Source: an uncultured Alphaproteobacteria bacterium
GTDB taxonomy: Bacteria > Pseudomonadota > Alphaproteobacteria > Rhizobiales > Xanthobacteraceae
Reading direction: 5' to 3'
DNA: 64,000 bases
Assembly: GCA_963801325.1 (NCBI GenBank)
Contig: CAWDES010000020.1
Span: 79,350 to 143,349, forward strand
This document shows positions 20,858-31,232 of the stretch, piece by piece. The notes below the pieces were generated by a model. That model saw nothing but the letters and a program-made list of their open reading frames with translations, was not told the DNA's origin and searched no databases. The position numbers were made by a program, and so were the translations under genes. How positions within the stretch are numbered: the first letter of the stretch is position 1; each line of letters starts with the position of its first letter.

Positions 20858-22377
20858 CCTCGGTCGCTTTAGGCTGGTTTGCGAGCCACGAGATCCGCCT
20901 CGCCTGGCGCGAATGGCTGGCGATGATGTCGGGTGGACGGCGCCGACGGCGCCGCGCGGTCGTCATCGGTATTGTTGCTTTTGGCGCGCTGTTGCACCTG
21001 GTGGCCTACGGCGTGATCGGACGCTACGCCACGCTGGAAGCCCCGCTCGACAAGTCCACGCTGATCGTCATCACCGCGAGCATCTTCCTGGCCTGGTCGC
21101 TGATGCTTTCGCAAGCGATCGAATTGGTGACGCGGGTGTTTTACGCCCGCGCCGACCTCGATCTCATCATGTCTTCGCCGGCCGCGCTCACCAATCTCTT
21201 CTCGGTGCGGCTTGCCGCCATCGCACTTTCGATCACCGGCATGGCAACGTTGTTCGCAACGCCCTTTGTCGACGTGCTGGTGTTCGGCGGCGGCCCGCGC
21301 TGGCTTGCGGTCTATGGGCTCGTGATTGCGATCGGCCTTAGCGCCGCCGCGGTTGCGATCACGATCACTATCCTGCTGTTTCGAACGATCGGGCCACAAC
21401 GCACACGGTTGATCGCCCAGATCGTCGCCGCCGTCATCGGCGCCGGCTTTGTCATCGCGCTGCAGATCGCTGCCATCATGTCCTATGGCACGCTGTCGCG
21501 CTTTGCGGTTCTGACCTCGGATGCGGCCGCCAGCTTTGCACCCGGGCCTGACAGCATGCTCTGGTGGCCGGCCCGTGCCGCGCTTGGCGATGGCGAAGCG
21601 CTGTTGTTGATGCTGGCATGCGCGCTTCTGCTGCTTGGCACGGTGATGGCCGGCTTTTCGGCGCGCTTTGCCGACACCGCCGTCCGCGCTTCGACCAGCG
21701 CCACCTCCACGCGCCGGGGCTCACGCACACGGGCCTTTCGATCCGGATCGCGGCAGCAGGCGCTGTGGCGCAAGGAACTCATCCTGCTTGCCCGCGACCC
21801 CTGGCTGCTGTCGCAAAGCCTGATGCAACTGCTTTATCTGTCGCCGCCCGCGGTGCTGCTGTGGCGAAGTTTCAGCGACAGCTCGATCGCCACTATCCTG
21901 ATCACACCCGTCATCGTCATGGCTGCGGGCCAACTCGCCGGCGGCCTCGGATGGCTCACCATTTCAGGCGAAGACGCGCCCGATCTCGTGACCGCCGCGC
22001 CATTGCCGCCCTCCCGGTTGATCCGCGCCAAGATCGAGGTGGTGCTGTTCGTGATCAGCCTCCTGTTCGCACCGCTGGTGCTGGCCTTGATGCTGGCTTC
22101 ACCCGAGCAAGCCGCCATCGCCGCGCTCGGCGTCATCATTGCGGCCTCTTCCGCCACCGCAATCCAGCTCTGGTTCCGCGTGCAGGCACGCCGCAGCCAA
22201 TTTCGCCGCCGCCAGACCTCGTCGCGGCTCGCAACCTTCGCCGAGGCCTTTTCCTCGATCGGATGGGCCGCAACCTCCGCAATGGCGCTTACCCTTCCCG
22301 CGGCCGCGGCCGTGACGGGTGGGATGACGCTGGCGCTTCTCGCCGTCACCTGGAAATTCAGCCCGCGGCGCGGCTAA
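20854..22377 (+). CDS. ABC-2 type permease (multi-TM)
   Basis: ATGA overlap with the ATPase, about 12 hydrophobic segments, WRKELILLARDP. Confidence 0.85.
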   Translation: MTSVALGWFASHEIRLAWREWLAMMSGGRRRRRRAVVIGIVAFGALLHLVAYGVIGRYATLEAPLDKSTLIVITASIFLAWSLMLSQAIELVTRVFYARADLDLIMSSPAALTNLFSVRLAAIALSITGMATLFATPFVDVLVFGGGPRWLAVYGLVIAIGLSAAAVAITITILLFRTIGPQRTRLIAQIVAAVIGAGFVIALQIAAIMSYGTLSRFAVLTSDAAASFAPGPDSMLWWPARAALGDGEALLLMLACALLLLGTVMAGFSARFADTAVRASTSATSTRRGSRTRAFRSGSRQQALWRKELILLARDPWLLSQSLMQLLYLSPPAVLLWRSFSDSSIATILITPVIVMAAGQLAGGLGWLTISGEDAPDLVTAAPLPPSRLIRAKIEVVLFVISLLFAPLVLALMLASPEQAAIAALGVIIAASSATAIQLWFRVQARRSQFRRRQTSSRLATFAEAFSSIGWAATSAMALTLPAAAAVTGGMTLALLAVTWKFSPRRG

Positions 22378-22384
22378 TCTCGCC

Positions 22385-23431
22385 TCACGCCTTCATCACA
22401 TCCATCACGGCAGCCACGAAAGCTTCCGGCTCTTCCTGCGGCAGGTTGTGCCCCGCATGCGGAATGATGCGATGCGCCAGGCGGCGGCCGAACTTCCTGG
22501 CATAGGCCGTGCCATCGGTCGCGGGATTGACGCCATCCGCATCGCCATCGAGCGTAATCGTCGGAGCCGCGATCACCGGCTGCGTCGCCAGGCGCCGCTC
22601 CAGATCCGAATAACGCGAATCGCCTTCGGCAAGGCCGTAGCGATGGCGATAGCTGTGAATCACGACATCGACGTAATCCGGATTGTCGAAGGCCGAGGCG
22701 GTCCGCTCGAAGCTCGCCTCGTCGAAGTGCCAGTTCGGCGACCATTGCTGCCACAATATCTTCGCGATCTCGCGCCGGTTGGCGGCGAGACCCGCGCGGC
22801 CGCGTTCGATCTGGAAATAATATTGATACCAGTAAGCGACTTCCCGCAGCGGCTTCGCCGGCGCCATCGCGCGCGCAATATCCTGGACCAAGTAACCGTT
22901 GACAACGACAAGTCCCGCGCAACGGTCGGGCCACAGTGCGGCTCCGACGCTAGCCGCGCGGCCACCCCAGTCATAACCGGCAAAAACGGCGCGCTGAATT
23001 TTCAGCGCATCGATCAGCGCGATCAGGTCGGCGCCGACGGCGGCCTGCTCACCGGAGCGCGGCGTGTTGGAATCCAGAAAGCGGGTCGGGCCATAGCCGC
23101 GCAGATAGGGCACGATGACGCGACAGCCTTTCGCGGCCAGTTGCGGCGCGACGTCGACATAGGAGTGCACGTCATAGGGAAAGCCGTGCAAGAGCACGAC
23201 GACGGGCCCGTCGGCAGGTCCCGCCTCATGATACGAGATATTGAGCACGCCCGCATCGACCGAACGTAGCGGCTCCAGCCGTTTTGACGAGGCGGCGCGC
23301 GGCGGCGTCGCGGCCGGGCCTGCGCCGCTTTCAACTGCACCCGCTTGGGCGAACTCCATCGCAAAACCTCCGGCAATGGCCGCGCCAAGCGTCAACAGAT
23401 GACGTCGGTCGCGGTCGATAGACTCTGGCAT
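22385..23431 (-). CDS. Alpha/beta hydrolase (epoxide hydrolase-like) with Tat-like leader
   Basis: LLHGFP, YLRGYG, GYDWGG nucleophile motif, AGHNLPQE. DRRHLL leader. Confidence 0.88.
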   Translation of the reverse strand: MPESIDRDRRHLLTLGAAIAGGFAMEFAQAGAVESGAGPAATPPRAASSKRLEPLRSVDAGVLNISYHEAGPADGPVVVLLHGFPYDVHSYVDVAPQLAAKGCRVIVPYLRGYGPTRFLDSNTPRSGEQAAVGADLIALIDALKIQRAVFAGYDWGGRAASVGAALWPDRCAGLVVVNGYLVQDIARAMAPAKPLREVAYWYQYYFQIERGRAGLAANRREIAKILWQQWSPNWHFDEASFERTASAFDNPDYVDVVIHSYRHRYGLAEGDSRYSDLERRLATQPVIAAPTITLDGDADGVNPATDGTAYARKFGRRLAHRIIPHAGHNLPQEEPEAFVAAVMDVMKA

Positions 23432-23615
23432 CGGAACTCCGGTATCGGCACCTGGCTGGCACGCTTGCGGAGTTTAGCCGGAAAACACGATCCGCCGCAG
23501 TTCAAATCAACGCGCGATCGCCTGGAGCGTCAGCCCAGACATGCGCGGCTACCGCCATGACGGCTGCCGAATTAGGCGTTAGAGTAACGACGAAAAGCGC
23601 CCGGTTACATATCCC

Positions 23616-24431
23616 ATGTTGCGCGTTGTTGCTTTCATCGTTGGCCTGTTGGGCCTTCCGGCCCCGATGGCCGCCGCCCAGGATGCGCCGCGCGGCAGTG
23701 AGTGCCTTGCCATGGCGCAGGCGCCGCGCGCGACGCCGGTGACGCTGCGACTGACCGCGGCAAAGGCCGAAGAAGTCACCATCACCTATGCCGGTCATTC
23801 CACCTACTACATCGACACGCCCGGAGGTGTGCGGATCGCAACCGATTTCAGCGGCGCCTACACCACCGGCCGGCTCCCGGATGTCGTCACCATGAACCGG
23901 GCGCACAGCACGCATTACACGCTATTTCCTGATCCGCACATCGCCCATGTCTTTCACGGCTGGACCGACGACGGCAGCCCGGCCCGCATCAACGAGCGCA
24001 TCGGCGATGTGCTCATTCGCAACGTGACCACCGATATCCGCCGCTACTTCATGGACGATTCCAGCGGCGAGATGGTCAAGGATGGCAATTCGATCTTCAT
24101 TTTCGAGGTCGCCGGGCTTTGCATCGGCCATCTCGGCCACCTGCACCACAAGCTCGACGATAGTCATTTCGCTGCGATCGGCCGGCTCGACATCGTGATG
24201 GTGCCGATCGACGGGGCCTACACCATGTCGCTCGACGGCGTCTCCGAGATCACCCGGCGGCTGCGCGCATCCGTCGTGTTGCCGATGCATCGCTTCGCGA
24301 CCCCGCTTGACGAATTCATGCGCCGGATCGGTCAGCAATTTGCCGTCGACGAACGAACCGAGCGCAGCCTGACGATTTCGCGGGAGTCCTTGCCTCAAGC
24401 GCCAACCGTGATCATTCTTCGCGGCATCTGA
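23616..24431 (+). CDS. MBL-fold metallo-hydrolase, exported
   Basis: TYAGHS, NRAHSTH, HLGHLHH, LPMH, signal peptide. Confidence 0.85.
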   Translation: MLRVVAFIVGLLGLPAPMAAAQDAPRGSECLAMAQAPRATPVTLRLTAAKAEEVTITYAGHSTYYIDTPGGVRIATDFSGAYTTGRLPDVVTMNRAHSTHYTLFPDPHIAHVFHGWTDDGSPARINERIGDVLIRNVTTDIRRYFMDDSSGEMVKDGNSIFIFEVAGLCIGHLGHLHHKLDDSHFAAIGRLDIVMVPIDGAYTMSLDGVSEITRRLRASVVLPMHRFATPLDEFMRRIGQQFAVDERTERSLTISRESLPQAPTVIILRGI

Positions 24432-24458
24432 TCAACAAAAATCCCTGGGAGAAACTTC

Positions 24459-25511
24459 ATGGCCGCCAGCACATTGCCGTCCACCAAGACCGGCCTCTAT
24501 GCCGATCCGCGGCCGGATTGGCTGGCGCAACGCAAGGAGGAAGTGCTCGACCCGGCGCGCGTGATCGTCGATCCGCATCATCATTTATGGGACCGTGGTG
24601 GCCAGCGCTATCTCCTCGATGACATCACCGCCGACATCGCGTCCGGTCACAATGTGATCGCAACCGTCTATGTCGAGGCGCGTTCGATGTACCGCGCCAA
24701 GGGACCGGAGACTTTCAAGCCCGTCGGCGAAGTCGAGTTCGCCAATGGCGCCGCGGCGATGAGCGCGAGCGGCGGCTACGGACCCGCCGCGGTGTGCGCC
24801 GGCATCGTCGGCCACGTCAATCTCACGTCTGGCGAAGACGCGCGCGCGGTGCTCGAGGCGGAGATATCCGCGGGCCAGGGCCGCTTCCGTGGTATCCGGC
24901 ATTCGTCCGCGTGGGATTCCGACCCCGACGTCGCGCACATGTATGCGGCGCGGCCGAAGGGGCTATTGCTCGACCCGACCTTCCGCAAGGGTTTTGCGCA
25001 ACTGGCGCCGCTCGGGCTGACGTTCGATGCGTGGCTGTTCCACCCGCAGATCGGCGAGCTCACCGATCTTGCACGCGCGTTTCCCGATACGCAGATCGTG
25101 CTCGACCATTGCGGCGGACCGGCCGGCACCGGCCAATACGCCAATCGGCGCGAGGAGATTTTCGCAAGCTGGAAGGCGTCAATCCGCGAGATCGCGAAAT
25201 GCCCGAACGTCGTGGTGAAGCTCGGCGGGCTTGCGATGTGCCTGCTTGGCTATGATTTCCACGAGCGCGCCATGCCGCCGTCCTCGGAGGAACTCGCGAC
25301 GGCGTGGCGGCCTTATATCGAGACATGCATCGAGGCGTTCGGGACTGAACGCGCCATGTTCGAGAGCAATTTTCCGCCCGACAAAGGCCAGTGCAGCTAT
25401 CAGGTGATCTTCAACGCGTTCAAGCGCATCGCCGCCTCGCTGAGCGAGACGGAGAAAGACGCGCTGTTCTCGAAAACGGCGATGAGAATCTACAGGCTGA
25501 AGATCGATTGA
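24459..25511 (+). CDS. Amidohydrolase family protein (Amidohydro_2)
   Basis: DPHHHLW, RFRGIRH, VLDHCG, MFESNFP. Confidence 0.9.
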   Translation: MAASTLPSTKTGLYADPRPDWLAQRKEEVLDPARVIVDPHHHLWDRGGQRYLLDDITADIASGHNVIATVYVEARSMYRAKGPETFKPVGEVEFANGAAAMSASGGYGPAAVCAGIVGHVNLTSGEDARAVLEAEISAGQGRFRGIRHSSAWDSDPDVAHMYAARPKGLLLDPTFRKGFAQLAPLGLTFDAWLFHPQIGELTDLARAFPDTQIVLDHCGGPAGTGQYANRREEIFASWKASIREIAKCPNVVVKLGGLAMCLLGYDFHERAMPPSSEELATAWRPYIETCIEAFGTERAMFESNFPPDKGQCSYQVIFNAFKRIAASLSETEKDALFSKTAMRIYRLKID

Positions 25512-25547
25512 CGGCGAGATCGCGCCTTGGCGCGATCGACCGGAAGC

Positions 25548-25994
25548 TCAGGTCGAGGCCAGGCCCGGCGACACCCGCTTCTCGGACAGGAACACGACGC
25601 GCTTGATCTTGTTGTACACCCGCGCCACAAAACCCAGCAGGAACGGCTGAGTCGTCCGGCAGAAAGCGAGCTTGCGCACGCGACCTTCGACATGCCACCT
25701 GGCATGCGCGCCGTCGCGAAAGAAGATGACATCGCCAGGCCCATAACGGGTCGGGCTCATCGTATCGTTTTCGAGCACGATCGAACCTTCCAGGATCATG
25801 ATCGTTTCATCGAAATCGTAATACCAGTTGAATTTTCCTTCGCTGCACTCCCAGACGATGGTGGAAGCGAGCCCGTCGGCGCTTTGCGACAGCACGCAGG
25901 ATTGCGCGACCGGATTGCCTTCGATGATCCAGGACGGCTCGATCGGCCTCGGCGAGAGGTTGACCACGACGTTGTTGGTTTCGATCAGTGCCAT
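25548..25994 (-). CDS. Cupin domain protein (DUF861/cupin_3)
   Basis: WECSEGKFNWYYDFDETIMILEG...GPGDVIFF. Confidence 0.88.
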   Translation of the reverse strand: MALIETNNVVVNLSPRPIEPSWIIEGNPVAQSCVLSQSADGLASTIVWECSEGKFNWYYDFDETIMILEGSIVLENDTMSPTRYGPGDVIFFRDGAHARWHVEGRVRKLAFCRTTQPFLLGFVARVYNKIKRVVFLSEKRVSPGLAST

Positions 25995-26063
25995 CTGCGC
26001 GTCCCTTAAATCCAGAAGATTTTGAAACGCAGGGCCTGGCCCGGTGTCGTTGGGGGCACGCTA

Positions 26064-26089
26064 ATAACAAAATTTTAAGCTTTCCTTAG
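26064..26089. promoter_or_regulatory. CtrA-like tandem half-sites upstream of the cupin gene
   Basis: ATAA-N7-TTAA-N7-TTAG against consensus TTAA-N7-TTAA. Confidence 0.4.
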
Positions 26090-26181
26090 CAAGCGCTGTG
26101 ACAATCCGCCCTAGTGGGCGGGCAGCGAATGTCACATTCACTCCACTGGCTTGCGTCGTATCGGCACAGGCCTTCCTGAAT

Positions 26182-27438
26182 TCAGGCCCATTCGCCCTTC
26201 CGGAATACCGGCACGCGCCGGCCGTCGGCATAAAGCCCGTCGATATCGATCTTGTCCGAACCGATCATCCAGTCGATGTGGATCAGACTTGAGTTGCCGC
26301 CCTGTGCCGCAATTTGTTGCGGTGTCAGCTTGGTGCCGTCGACGAAGCACTTGGAATAGCATTGGCCAAGCGCGATGTGGCAGGCAGCATTCTCGTCGAA
26401 CAAGGTATTGAAGAACAACAGCCCGCTCTTCGAGATCGGCGACGAATGCGGCACCAGCGCCACTTCGCCGAGGCGGCGAGCGCCTTCGTCGGTGTCGAGG
26501 ACCTTGTTGAGGACTTCCTCGCCGCGCGTCGCCTTTGCCTCGACAATCCGACCTTCCTCGAAGCGCACCGCGATGCCTTCGATCAGCGATCCCTGATACG
26601 ACAGCGGCTTGGTGCTGACGACATGTCCATCGACCCGCCGCGCATGCGGCGTGGTGAACACCTCTTCCGTCGGGATATTTGCATTGCAGGTAATGCCGTT
26701 CTTGGCGGTAGAACCGCCGCCCTGCCATTCATGCCCGTCGGCGAGTCCAACCGTGAGATCGGTGCCGGGGCCGGAAAAATGCAGCGCGCCGAACCGTTGT
26801 CCGTTCAGCCACTCCCTTCGGCCGCGCAAGACTTCATTGTGCGACTGCCAGTTCGCGACGGCATCATCGCGATCGACCCTCGACGCCGAAAAGATGGCGT
26901 CCGCGAGCTTGCCGACCGCCACGTCTTCTTCGTCCTGCGGAAACACGAGCTTCGCCCACGACGGCGATGGGTACGCGATGATGTTCCAATTGATGTCGAA
27001 ATTGACGATCCGCTCCAGCGCGGGCTTGTAAGCGATGGAGTTGGCCTTGCTTGCGCGAGACACCTTCGCCGGATCCTCGCTGGACAGCAGCATCGGATTG
27101 TCCGCCACGATCGCAAGCCGCGCCGTGTTGGCGGCAAACGCCTTCGACATTCCCTCGTAAAGCCAGTTGGCGGCGCGGTCGAAACCTTCGTCCTGTCCAT
27201 ATCGATAGCGAAGCAGTGTGATCGTCTCGTCCGACAGGATCGGAGTTACAAGGCCGGCGCCGGCCTTGTAGGCATGCTCGGCGATCTTGCGAACCAGCGG
27301 CAATGCGATGGTCGGCGCGGTCACGAGCAGATCCTGCCCACGCTCGAGCCTTAAACCCACCTTGATTGCGACCTCAGCCAGCCGGTCGAGCTTTACGGGA
27401 TCGATCGGTGTCGTCGAATTGGATTGTGACGCATTCAT
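26182..27438 (-). CDS. Aminopeptidase, M29 family (AmpS/PepS/aminopeptidase T)
   Basis: NIPTEEVFTTP, LGEVALV, LFDENAACHIALG, HIDWMIG. Confidence 0.93.
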   Translation of the reverse strand: MNASQSNSTTPIDPVKLDRLAEVAIKVGLRLERGQDLLVTAPTIALPLVRKIAEHAYKAGAGLVTPILSDETITLLRYRYGQDEGFDRAANWLYEGMSKAFAANTARLAIVADNPMLLSSEDPAKVSRASKANSIAYKPALERIVNFDINWNIIAYPSPSWAKLVFPQDEEDVAVGKLADAIFSASRVDRDDAVANWQSHNEVLRGRREWLNGQRFGALHFSGPGTDLTVGLADGHEWQGGGSTAKNGITCNANIPTEEVFTTPHARRVDGHVVSTKPLSYQGSLIEGIAVRFEEGRIVEAKATRGEEVLNKVLDTDEGARRLGEVALVPHSSPISKSGLLFFNTLFDENAACHIALGQCYSKCFVDGTKLTPQQIAAQGGNSSLIHIDWMIGSDKIDIDGLYADGRRVPVFRKGEWA

Positions 27439-27582
27439 GATGGGATCGCCTGTCGTTTCTGCAAGACGATTATATCAGATTTCGCAGCCGGCGCAGCGAT
27501 GCAATGCCGCGCCTGCTGCAACACACCAACGATATCGATCAATATGGGAACGTCGAGTGACGATCAGTTGAACACGGCGTCG

Positions 27583-29016
27583 TCAGCGCGATATTTCTTC
27601 CAGGCGCAAATTTCGTGTTTCAATCATGCGGGTTGCGGCAATCAGTCCCACGATGGCAACCGCAGCGAACATCAGAAAAACCGAATCGATGCCGCCGCCT
27701 TTGCCCAGCATGAAGCCGATCAGCGCAGGCCCGATCGCGGAGGCGACCCGGAGCCAGGAGGTCGCAACCCCGGTTCCGACTGCGCGCATCCGGGTCGGAT
27801 AGATTTCCGGCGTATAGAGATAAACCACCGCGGCGATCGAGCCGATCAATCCGTAGCTGATCGTGCCGAGCACGATGAGCCACGAAACATCCTTGGCGCC
27901 GCCAAACCCGAGGATGCCAAGCGTCACCGCCCCCAAGCCAAAGGCGCCCATCATCCAGTACTTGCGGCCGGTGCGATCGATCACCAGCGCGCAAATCAGC
28001 ACCAGCGCGACCTGGGCGACATTGGTCATCGACGCCGCGCGCAGCGCCTGGGGCAATTCGAGATGATAGACCGTGGTGTAAAGCGTCGGCATCCAGTTGT
28101 TGAGGCCGTTGGCGACGAGGAACGCCGAGGCCCACAGCACCCAGGCGATCAGCGTACGCCCGCGATAGGCCGGCGAGAGCAGTTCGCTCCACTTGCCACG
28201 CGACCGCCGCGGCACCTCGACCTGCACCGGGAGCATCTCTCCCTTCGGCGGCTCTACCGCTGCGCCTGATTTATGCGATGCGGCCTCCAACCGGCTGACG
28301 ACCGCTTCGGCGGCGGCGAGCCGTCCCTTGGCGATCAGCCAGCGTGGCGATTCCGGCAGCCGCAACAACATCGCCGCGATGACGAGGCCGGGAATTCCGC
28401 CGATCAGGAACATGATCTGCCATCCCATCAGCGGCACCAATATCGCGCCGACCTGGCCGGTGACCATCAATCCGATCGGGAAGATCATTTCATACAGAAG
28501 GAAGAAGCGGCCGCGGCCGTGCGCCTTGGACAGTTCACTGATGTAGGTCGCGGCCACCGGCATTTCGCCGCCGACGCCGATACCCTGGATGAAGCGAAGC
28601 GCGAGAAGGACGTTGAAACTCCAGGCCGCAGCGCACGCCAAACTCATGACCGCGTAAATGGCCGTGGCCGCCGCCGCGCAGGGCACGCGACCGTAACGTT
28701 CGGCGCCCCAGCTGAATGCCAGCGCACCGACGATTTGGCCGACATAGCTGGAGCCGATCAGAATGCCGATTTCCGGCGGTGTGATGTGCCAGAGCGGCAC
28801 CAAGATCGGGAGCACGAAGGCGATCGACAGCGCGTTGAAGGCGTCGAAGAACGTGGCGCTTCCCATCACGATCCGCGCAATGACGAACCAGCGCGACGTC
28901 GGCACCTGCTCCATGCGCGCGATCAAACCCGCGGAGGCCCGTTCGGCATCGAAAGGTGAAGGAGACGAAGAACCGCCGGAAGCCTCCGATCGCGACGTGG
29001 CGCTGACGACTGACAA
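27583..29016 (-). CDS. MFS transporter (aromatic acid/sugar porter-like)
   Basis: 12 TM, AERYGR, RFIQGIGVGGE, PESPRWL, EIYPTRMR. TTG start with GGAGG RBS. Confidence 0.92.
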   Translation of the reverse strand: MSVVSATSRSEASGGSSSPSPFDAERASAGLIARMEQVPTSRWFVIARIVMGSATFFDAFNALSIAFVLPILVPLWHITPPEIGILIGSSYVGQIVGALAFSWGAERYGRVPCAAAATAIYAVMSLACAAAWSFNVLLALRFIQGIGVGGEMPVAATYISELSKAHGRGRFFLLYEMIFPIGLMVTGQVGAILVPLMGWQIMFLIGGIPGLVIAAMLLRLPESPRWLIAKGRLAAAEAVVSRLEAASHKSGAAVEPPKGEMLPVQVEVPRRSRGKWSELLSPAYRGRTLIAWVLWASAFLVANGLNNWMPTLYTTVYHLELPQALRAASMTNVAQVALVLICALVIDRTGRKYWMMGAFGLGAVTLGILGFGGAKDVSWLIVLGTISYGLIGSIAAVVYLYTPEIYPTRMRAVGTGVATSWLRVASAIGPALIGFMLGKGGGIDSVFLMFAAVAIVGLIAATRMIETRNLRLEEISR

Positions 29017-29072
29017 GGCTTCCTCCGCTGGTTGCTATTGAGAGCCGCTTGGCGCGGCCTTTTATCTTTAGA

Positions 29073-29915
29073 CTAATCGTGGACGCGCGCGAGCAGCTCC
29101 AGAATCTTTTCGGCAATCGTTGCCGGGGCCTCGATCGGCGTCAAATGACGAACCTTCGGAAGCACCGACAGCGTCGCGTGCGGCACCGCCGTCTTGATTT
29201 GTTCCGACATCGCGACCGGCGTGGCGTAGTCCTCTTCGCCGACGACCACGCTGACCGGAATTCGTGTCGCCGCCTGATAGTGCCTGAGATCGGCATCGCC
29301 CAGCATCTCGCAGGTCGCGCGGTAGCAATCGACGTCATTGGCGAGGAACACGTCGATGTGCTTGCGCACCACATCCGCATGCGCCTCGCGGAAGGCATCG
29401 CTGACCCAGCGCGTCGCCTGGAAGGCCGACAGCGCCGCGAGTCCCTTGGTGACGGCGGTCGCGGCACGCTCGCGCCAATCCTTCGGCGCGGTCGGACCGT
29501 ACCACGCGGTGCTGTCCATCACCGCAAGCGCCTCCGCGCGATCGGGATACACGCCGGCAAAGGCCTGCGCGATGCATCCGCCCATCGAGCAGCCCGCAAT
29601 CAGAGCGCGCGGCCAGTTCACGTGGTCGAGCAGGCTCGCCAGATCGCCGGCGAATAGCTCGGCCGTATAGGTCATCCTGTCCTTGGCGGATTTTCCGTGG
29701 CCGCGGCAATCATAGGTCAAGACATCTGCATGAGGCGTGAGTAGTGGCACCACGCCATCCCAAAAACTGCGATCGAGCGCCAGCGAATGGATCAACGCGA
29801 TGCGCGGGCGGGCGCGCGACCCGGATGACGCTTCCGTCGAATGCAGCGTGTAGGCGATCGACGCGCCATCCGCCGCGGATGCTGTTCCCGAATTAGACGT
29901 CACGGCGTGGCTCAT
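29073..29915 (-). CDS. Alpha/beta hydrolase (PcaD enol-lactonase-like)
   Basis: IHSL, YDCRGHG, GCSMGG, GEED, RHL. Confidence 0.85.
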   Translation of the reverse strand: MSHAVTSNSGTASAADGASIAYTLHSTEASSGSRARPRIALIHSLALDRSFWDGVVPLLTPHADVLTYDCRGHGKSAKDRMTYTAELFAGDLASLLDHVNWPRALIAGCSMGGCIAQAFAGVYPDRAEALAVMDSTAWYGPTAPKDWRERAATAVTKGLAALSAFQATRWVSDAFREAHADVVRKHIDVFLANDVDCYRATCEMLGDADLRHYQAATRIPVSVVVGEEDYATPVAMSEQIKTAVPHATLSVLPKVRHLTPIEAPATIAEKILELLARVHD

Positions 29916-31081
29916 GCGGCGGCCGGCTTTGGCGTGGAGCCCGGCGTTGGCGCGGGCGCGTCCAGCGAGACGTTCCAGGCGTCGTAGCCATAAAGCCAGC
30001 TTGGATCGTCATTGCCACCGCTCATCCAGGTATTGGCGCTGGAGATCTCCTGAATCTTCGACGTGCGCGGCTTGCGGTGCGCTTCAAAGCGTTTGAACGC
30101 CGCTTCGATCCCGTCGACGCCGACGCCTTTCAGGCAGCGGGCGAGCACCGCGGCATCCTCGATCGAGGTCGCCGCACCTTGCGCCATATAAGGTGTCATC
30201 GGATGGCAGGCGTCGCCGATCAATACCACCCTGCCCTGGCTCCATGTCGGCAACGGATCACGCTCGAGGATCGCCCATTTGTGACAGTCCGGACAAGCAT
30301 CGAGCACCATCCGCACCTCGGCATGAAAGCCGGCATAGGCCTTGCGCAGTTCGTTCACGTCGCCCTTCGCCGACCATGATTCCTTGGTCATCCAATCGGC
30401 CGGTTCGGGCACGCTGGTGACGAAATAGAGCTGGCTGCGGTCCTTGGTGGTGTAATAGATCACGATATGGCGGTCCTCGCCCCACCATTTGACACGCGAG
30501 CGCGAGATTTCCTGCGGCATCCGGTTCGAATCAAACACCGCGCGATAGGCGATGCGCCCGCGATGAAGCGGCTTGTCGGGCCCGATGATGATGTCGCGCA
30601 CCACCGAGTGAACCCCGTCGGCCCCGATCACCGCATCGGCCTTCGCCGTCGTGCCGTCGGCAAAGAACAGCGTCACCGGTCCGCCATTCTGCTCCAGCCG
30701 GACCAGTTCCTTGTTCAGATGGATGATCTCTGACGGGACGATCGAGGTCAGCGCCTCGTGCAGGTCAGCACGGTGCATGCAAAGGAACGGCGCGCCGTAA
30801 AGGTCCTCCGGCATCGGCAGTTCGCGCTTGAGCTCGCCGGTGTCGCCGACACGGTTGAGATGGGAGAAGGGCGCGAACGCGCGCTGGCGCAGCCTGTCCT
30901 CGACCCCGATGCCGCGCAGAACTTTCATCGAGTTCGGCAACATCTGGATGCCGGCGCCGATCCGGCCGAATTGCCGCGCCTGCTCGTAGACCTCGACGTC
31001 GAGGCCTGCCTGGCGAAGTGTACCGGCCGCGGCCATGCCGCCCATCCCGGCGCCAATGATTGCGATTTTCGGTGACGCCAT
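29912..31081 (-). CDS. FAD-dependent monooxygenase, NicC (6-hydroxynicotinate 3-monooxygenase)/salicylate hydroxylase-like
   Basis: GAGMGG, GADGVHS, GDACHPM..AQG. KWWGEDRH..YYTT and ANTW...DP.WLYGYD resemble NicC. Confidence 0.85.
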   Translation of the reverse strand: MASPKIAIIGAGMGGMAAAGTLRQAGLDVEVYEQARQFGRIGAGIQMLPNSMKVLRGIGVEDRLRQRAFAPFSHLNRVGDTGELKRELPMPEDLYGAPFLCMHRADLHEALTSIVPSEIIHLNKELVRLEQNGGPVTLFFADGTTAKADAVIGADGVHSVVRDIIIGPDKPLHRGRIAYRAVFDSNRMPQEISRSRVKWWGEDRHIVIYYTTKDRSQLYFVTSVPEPADWMTKESWSAKGDVNELRKAYAGFHAEVRMVLDACPDCHKWAILERDPLPTWSQGRVVLIGDACHPMTPYMAQGAATSIEDAAVLARCLKGVGVDGIEAAFKRFEAHRKPRTSKIQEISSANTWMSGGNDDPSWLYGYDAWNVSLDAPAPTPGSTPKPAAA

Positions 31082-31172
31082 GAATTCCAGTGCTCCGTGT
31101 CGTGGGAAACGCGGCAGACCGTCGGAGGTCTCCGCTCGATGCCAACATTGGCGTTGTTGGAAGGTATGTAAA

Positions 31173-31209
31173 ATATATCTTTTGTACCAAGTTGATATTC
31201 TAGGAGTAT
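31173..31209. promoter_or_regulatory. Two LysR-type binding boxes in the divergent promoter
   Basis: ATAT-N7-GTAC (31173-31187) and ATAT-N7-GTAT (31195-31209), T-N11-A type, similar to the BenM/CatM ATAC-N7-GTAT box. Confidence 0.6.
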
Positions 31210-31232
31210 AAGCGGCGATCTGGAGGATCACC